DNA of 64,000 bases from a virus (taxonomy: Duplodnaviria > Caudoviricetes): positions 3,523 through 67,522 of the IMG/VR virus record IMGVR_UViG_3300033481_000147, one strand, 5' to 3'. Made by a program: the position numbers and the translations under genes. Shown here piece by piece: positions 59,491 to 64,000 of the stretch (positions are counted from its first letter, which is position 1; every line of letters starts with the position of its first letter). The notes beneath the pieces are model-generated. The model saw nothing but the letters and a program-made list of their open reading frames with translations, did not search any database and was not told the DNA's origin.

Positions 59491-59531
59491 AAAAAGGTGT
59501 TTAACTTAGTTTTCGAGTTAAACACCTTTTT
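59491..59531. terminator. Bidirectional terminator
   Basis: 16-bp stem with A/T ends. Confidence 0.75.
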
Positions 59532-59549
59532 AATTTTTTTAGATTTATA

Positions 59550-59646
59550 GTTTAAAAACTGCAATTGCAAGAATGTATATAAGTAAAGGCCAATATACTG
59601 GAAAACAATTTTAAATAAAATTTTCCTAGCTATATTGGATTTAAAT
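59550..59646 (+). promoter_or_regulatory. Conserved promoter plus leader hairpin, copy F
   Basis: CCAATATA 59590 pairs TATATTGG 59631; GGAAAA/TTTTCC. Confidence 0.75.
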
Positions 59647-59671
59647 TATATCTTATTAGGGGTGGATTTTT

Positions 59672-60667
59672 ATGTCAAACACAGTAGATATCACAGGCGA
59701 AATTATTGTAGTATCCCATGGAGACGAGGATACAGGGAAAATAGCTATGCTAGGAGATGAAGGAAAATTCCATAAAAGTGTAATTCCGGTAATTGATGAT
59801 TTGCAAGAACAAATCACAAAAGAGGTTACAGGACGAACTGAAGCAGATAAACAGCTACAAACTAATATTGATGCAGAAACAAGTACTAGAATATCAGCTG
59901 ATCAGCAAATGCAGGGAAATATTGAAGCGGAAGCCATAGCAAGAGATGCTGCCGATAAAGGCTTGGAAGATAAGCTTTCTGCAGAGGCTACAGCTAGAAC
60001 TAATGCCGATATTCAACTACAAGCTAATCTTGAGGCAGAAGCTAATACTAGAAGAATTGCAGATCAAGACTTGCAAGATCAAATTTCTAAAGAAATTGTG
60101 GCACGAACCGATGGCGATACGGCTTTACAGTCTAGTGTTGATAAAGAAGTAGTAGCGCGTTCGGATGCAGATAGTAAATTGCAAGGTTCTATTGACAACG
60201 AAGTAGATACTAGAGTAAAAGCCGATCAAGGTCTGCAAGATCAAGTAACTGCTGAAATTGCCGCTAGGACTAATGCTGACGAAACCGAATCAAGCACACG
60301 GGCTAGTGCTGATAATAACTTGCAGGAACAAATTAATGCATTGAAAGGATCAACTTTTGATGCTGGACACTCGTTTAGTGATAATGGTTACCAGAGCTTA
60401 GGTAATGGATTGATTCTGCAATGGGGGCATGCTCAGTTATCAAAAGGAGAAAATATCGGCAACGCATCGGTTACATTTCCTACCCCTTTTCCGAATAAGT
60501 GTCTTAGTTTTACGACCACTTATGATAACCCGCCGCAAGATAGTTGGGGACCTATGAGTACAGCGATAACGAATGTTACAAAAGTTGGATGTACTTTGTG
60601 GGGCGATGCAGATGAACATCATATTGATAATAATGTTAATATTTATTATATGGCTATAGGTTATTAA
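59672..60667 (+). CDS. Coiled-coil fibre protein: nine 18-aa repeats plus gp53-like tail-fibre C-terminal domain
   Basis: D..LQ..I..E...R..A repeats; NGYQSLGNGLILQWG...VTFPTPFPN. Confidence 0.8.
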   Translation: MSNTVDITGEIIVVSHGDEDTGKIAMLGDEGKFHKSVIPVIDDLQEQITKEVTGRTEADKQLQTNIDAETSTRISADQQMQGNIEAEAIARDAADKGLEDKLSAEATARTNADIQLQANLEAEANTRRIADQDLQDQISKEIVARTDGDTALQSSVDKEVVARSDADSKLQGSIDNEVDTRVKADQGLQDQVTAEIAARTNADETESSTRASADNNLQEQINALKGSTFDAGHSFSDNGYQSLGNGLILQWGHAQLSKGENIGNASVTFPTPFPNKCLSFTTTYDNPPQDSWGPMSTAITNVTKVGCTLWGDADEHHIDNNVNIYYMAIGY

Positions 60668-60681
60668 AAAATAACATCTTT

Positions 60682-60713
60682 AGGGGTGGAGAGAAATCTT
60701 CACTCCTTTATTT
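60682..60713 (+). terminator. Terminator nearly identical to 57582
   Basis: AGGGGTGGAGA-GAAA-TCTTCACTCCT-TT. Confidence 0.75.
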
Positions 60714-60723
60714 AATAAAAAGA

Positions 60724-60885
60724 GTGAATCTAGAAGCTGCAGTTGTTATTAGAGCACAAAAGGTTATGTACGCCAAGGATTCTTTAAGGTACAGTGACAA
60801 GAGTGTAGCAGAAATAAATATGCAAATTTTTGTTATGAGCATTAAAGCATTAGCAGAACTGAGAAAATTAATTGCTAGGCTGTAA
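60724..60885 (+). pseudogene. Short, probably decayed ORF (53 aa)
   Basis: C-terminus resembles stop-interrupted fragment near 59405-59495. Confidence 0.3.
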
Positions 60886-60912
60886 ATGAAAAACTAAATC
60901 ATGATACAACCC

Positions 60913-60953
60913 AAAAGGCGTTTAACTCAGTTATAAAGTTAAATGCCTTTTTT
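60913..60953. terminator. Bidirectional terminator homologous to 59491
   Basis: Compensatory T-A to C-G and G-C to G-U changes. Confidence 0.75.
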
Positions 60954-60981
60954 GAGATTTTTATAGATTTATAGTCTTATA

Positions 60982-61079
60982 GTTTAAAAATTGCAATCGC
61001 AAGAATGTATATAAGTGAGGCCCCATATACTGGAAAACACAATTTTAAATAAGAATTTCCTAGCTATATTGGGTTTAAA
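60982..61079 (+). promoter_or_regulatory. Conserved promoter plus leader hairpin, copy G
   Basis: Stem 61018-61029 pairs with 61065-61076. Confidence 0.75.
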
Positions 61080-61105
61080 TTATATTTTATTAGGGGTGGA
61101 TTTTT

Positions 61106-64000
61106 ATGTCAAGCACAGTAAATATCACAGAAGAAATTATTGTAGTATCCCATGGGGACGAGGATACAGGAAAAATAGCTATGCTAGGGGCTGGAGGGAA
61201 ATTTCATAGAAGCGTAATTCCGGTAATTGATGATTTGCAAGAACAAATCACAAAAGAAGTTACTGATCGAATTGAAGGAGATAAGGCTCTACAAACAAAT
61301 ATTGATGCGGAAGTTAGCGCTAGAACTGAAGGAGATAAGGCTCTACAAACCAGTATTGATGCAGAAGCTAGTGCTAGAACTGTTGCAGACAAAGATTTGC
61401 AAGATCAGGTTACAAAAGAAGTTACAGAACGAACTGAAGGAGATAAGGCTCTACAAACCAGTATTGATGCAGAAGCTAGTGCTAGAACTGTAGCGGACCA
61501 ACAGTTACAAGATCAGGTTACAAAAGAGGTCACAGATCGAACTGAAGGAGATAAAGTTCTACAGGCCAACATTGATGCGGAAATTACTGAGCGAACTGAA
61601 GGAGATAAGGCTCTACAGGCTAATATTGATGAGGAAGCTAGTGCTAGAATTGCTGCAGACAAAGATTTGCAAGATCAGGTTACAAAAGAAGTTACAGAAC
61701 GAACTGAAGGAGATAAAGTTCTACAGGCCAATATTGATGCGGAAGCTAGTGATAGAGCAGCTGCAGACAAAGATTTGCAAGATCAGGTTACAAAAGAGGT
61801 TACAGAACGAGCTGAAGGAGATAAGACCCTACAAACAAATATTGATGCAGAAGCTAGTGCTAGAACTGCTGCAGACAAAGATTTGCAAGATCAGGTTACA
61901 AAAGAAGTTACTGATCGAATTGAAGGAGATAAGGCTCTACAAACAAATATTGATGCGGAAGTTAGCGCTAGAACTGAAGGAGATAAGGCTCTACAAACAA
62001 ATATTGATGCGGAAGTTAGCGCTAGAACTGAAGGAGATAAGGCTCTACAAACCAGTATTGATGCAGAAGCTAGTGCTAGAACTGCTGCAGACAAAGATTT
62101 ACAAGATCAGGTTACAAAAGAAGTTACTGATCGAACTGAAGGCGATAAAGTTCTACAAACAAATATTGATACGGAAGTTAGTGCTAGAACTGTAGCGGAC
62201 CAACAGTTACAAGATCAGGTTACAAAAGAGGTCACAGATCGAACTGAAGGAGATAAAGTTCTACAGGCCAACATTGATGCGGAAATTACTGATCGAACTG
62301 AAGGAGATAAAGTTCTACAGGCCAATATTGATGCGGAAGTTACTGAGCGAACTGAAGGAGATAAGGCTTTACAAGCTAATATTGATGCAGAAGCTAGTGC
62401 TAGAGCTGCAGCGGATCAACAGTTACAAGATCAGGTTACAAAAGAAGTCACAGAACGAACTGAAGGAGATAAGGCTCTACAAACAAATATTGATGCAGAA
62501 GCTAGTGCTAGAACTGCTGCAGACAAAGATTTGCAAGATCAAGTTATAAAAGAAGTTACTGATCGAACTGAAGGCGATAAAGTTCTACAAACAAATATTG
62601 ACGCGGAAGCTAGTGCTAGAGCAGCTGCAGACAAAGATTTGCAAGATCAGGTTACAAAAGAGGTTACAGAACGAGCTGAAGGAGATAAGGCTCTACAGGC
62701 CAATATTGATGCGGAAGTTAGCGCTAGAACTGAAGGAGATAAGACCCTACAAACGAACATTGATACGGAAGTTAGTGCTAGAACTGAAGGAGATAAAACA
62801 TTACAGACCGACATTGATTCGGAAGTTAGCGCTAGAACTGAAGGAGATAAAACATTACAGGCCAACATTGATTCGGAAGTTAGTGCTAGAACTGTAGCAG
62901 ACAAAGATTTGCAAGATCAGGTTACAAAAGAGGTTACAGAACGAACTGATGGAGATAAAGTTCTACAGACCGATATTGATGCAGAAGCTGGTGCTAGAGC
63001 TGTAGCAGACAAAGATTTGCAAGACCAAATTAACAAAGAAGTTACTGAACGAACTGAAGGAGATAAAACATTACAAACAAATATTGATACGGAAGTTAGC
63101 GCTAGAACTGTAGCGGACCAACAGTTACAAGACCAAATCACAAAAGAGGTTACAGAACGAACTGATGGTGATAAGGAGCTACAGGCCAATATTGATACGG
63201 AAGTTAGCGCTAGAACTGTAGCAGACCAACAGTTACAAGATCAAATTAACAAAGAAGTTACAGAACGAACTGATGGAGATAAAGTTCTACAGACCAATAT
63301 TGATGCAGAAGCTGGTGCTAGAGCTGAAGGAGATCAAGCGTTACAAGACCAAATTAACGAAGAAGTTACTGATCGAACTGAAGGAGATAAGGCTCTACAA
63401 ACAAGTATTGATGCAGAGGCTAGTGCTAGAACTGCTGCAGACAAAGATTTGCAAGATCAGGTTACAAAAGAGGTTGCAGAACGAACTGAAGGAGATAAGG
63501 CTCTACAAACAAGTATTGATGAAGAAGTTAGTGCTAGAGCAGCTGCAGACAAAGATTTACAAGATCAGGTTACAAAAGAAGTTACTGATCGAACTGATGG
63601 AGATAAAGTTCTACAGAGCAGTATTGATGCGGAAATTACTGATCGAGCTGAAGGAGATAAAACATTACAGGCCAATATTGATGCAGAAGCTACTGAGCGA
63701 ACTGAAGGAGATAAGGCTCTACAGGCCAATATTGATGCAGAAGCTACTGAGCGAACTGAAGGAGATAAGGCTCTACAGGCCAATATTGATGCAGAAACTA
63801 CAGAACGAACTGAAGGAGATAAGGCTTTACAAGCTAATATTGATGCAGAAGCTAGTGCTAGAGCTGCAGCGGATCAACAGTTACAAGATCAGGTTACAAA
63901 AGAGGTCACAGATCGAACTGAAGGAGATAAAGTTCTACAGGCCAACATTGATGCGGAAATTACTGAGCGAACTGAAGGAGATAAGGCTCTACAGGCTAAT
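61106..64000 (+). CDS. Very long coiled-coil repeat fibre protein, 3' truncated (965 codons in window)
   Basis: Absent from ORF track because no stop occurs; N-terminus MSSTVNITEEIIVVSHGDEDTGKIAMLG nearly identical to 59672. Confidence 0.88.
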   Translation, partial: MSSTVNITEEIIVVSHGDEDTGKIAMLGAGGKFHRSVIPVIDDLQEQITKEVTDRIEGDKALQTNIDAEVSARTEGDKALQTSIDAEASARTVADKDLQDQVTKEVTERTEGDKALQTSIDAEASARTVADQQLQDQVTKEVTDRTEGDKVLQANIDAEITERTEGDKALQANIDEEASARIAADKDLQDQVTKEVTERTEGDKVLQANIDAEASDRAAADKDLQDQVTKEVTERAEGDKTLQTNIDAEASARTAADKDLQDQVTKEVTDRIEGDKALQTNIDAEVSARTEGDKALQTNIDAEVSARTEGDKALQTSIDAEASARTAADKDLQDQVTKEVTDRTEGDKVLQTNIDTEVSARTVADQQLQDQVTKEVTDRTEGDKVLQANIDAEITDRTEGDKVLQANIDAEVTERTEGDKALQANIDAEASARAAADQQLQDQVTKEVTERTEGDKALQTNIDAEASARTAADKDLQDQVIKEVTDRTEGDKVLQTNIDAEASARAAADKDLQDQVTKEVTERAEGDKALQANIDAEVSARTEGDKTLQTNIDTEVSARTEGDKTLQTDIDSEVSARTEGDKTLQANIDSEVSARTVADKDLQDQVTKEVTERTDGDKVLQTDIDAEAGARAVADKDLQDQINKEVTERTEGDKTLQTNIDTEVSARTVADQQLQDQITKEVTERTDGDKELQANIDTEVSARTVADQQLQDQINKEVTERTDGDKVLQTNIDAEAGARAEGDQALQDQINEEVTDRTEGDKALQTSIDAEASARTAADKDLQDQVTKEVAERTEGDKALQTSIDEEVSARAAADKDLQDQVTKEVTDRTDGDKVLQSSIDAEITDRAEGDKTLQANIDAEATERTEGDKALQANIDAEATERTEGDKALQANIDAETTERTEGDKALQANIDAEASARAAADQQLQDQVTKEVTDRTEGDKVLQANIDAEITERTEGDKALQAN
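61226..64000 (+). repeat. 54-nt tandem coding repeat, 51 full units plus a partial
   Basis: Units DKALQTNIDAEVSARTEG and DKDLQDQVTKEVTERTEG; 2775 nt = 51x54+21. Confidence 0.92.

Noticed and set aside
52270-61079. Known riboswitch (c-di-GMP-I/II, c-di-AMP, purine, ZTP)
   Set aside because: Diagnostic motifs not seen by eye; an Rfam scan is still needed
61015-63783. Alternative-frame and minus-strand ORFs in the repeat region
   Set aside because: By-products of the 54-nt repeat; the frame from 61106 has the SD, a paralogous N-terminus and no stops
61226-64000. CRISPR array
   Set aside because: Contiguous coding repeats, no unique spacers, no cas genes

Overview
Positions 1-56311 are most of an apparently intact temperate siphovirus-like prophage on the + strand. 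In order it carries an early/xis region, recombination and replication genes, an iteron origin, morons, a MTase, and packaging, head, tail and lysis genes followed by right-end cargo. It ends in the 3' half of a tRNA-Ser(CGA), read here as attR, next to integrase arm-type repeats. The integrase, repressor and attL should lie upstream of the window. The host is inferred to be a low-GC diderm Firmicute (Negativicutes-like) from the globular endolysins, spanin-like genes and proteobacterial-type tail tip. Right of att lie tail-fibre-like genes, including one with 51 perfect-length 18-aa repeats that runs off the window end. Most notable are: (1) a seven-copy promoter-like element (GTTTAAAAA-N8-NNAAGAATGTATAT), six copies followed by a covarying 5' leader hairpin, found on both sides of att and mostly heading signal-peptide-less fibre/FN3 genes; (2) two coiled-coil spanin-like genes overlapping by 425 nt, neither with a canonical lipobox; (3) a MuF toxin with ImmD-like immunity, a Tad2-like anti-defence fusion, a DUF4747-like plus membrane protein pair and a GNAT toxin-antitoxin-like pair. 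Family assignments come from motif recognition only; no database searches were run.
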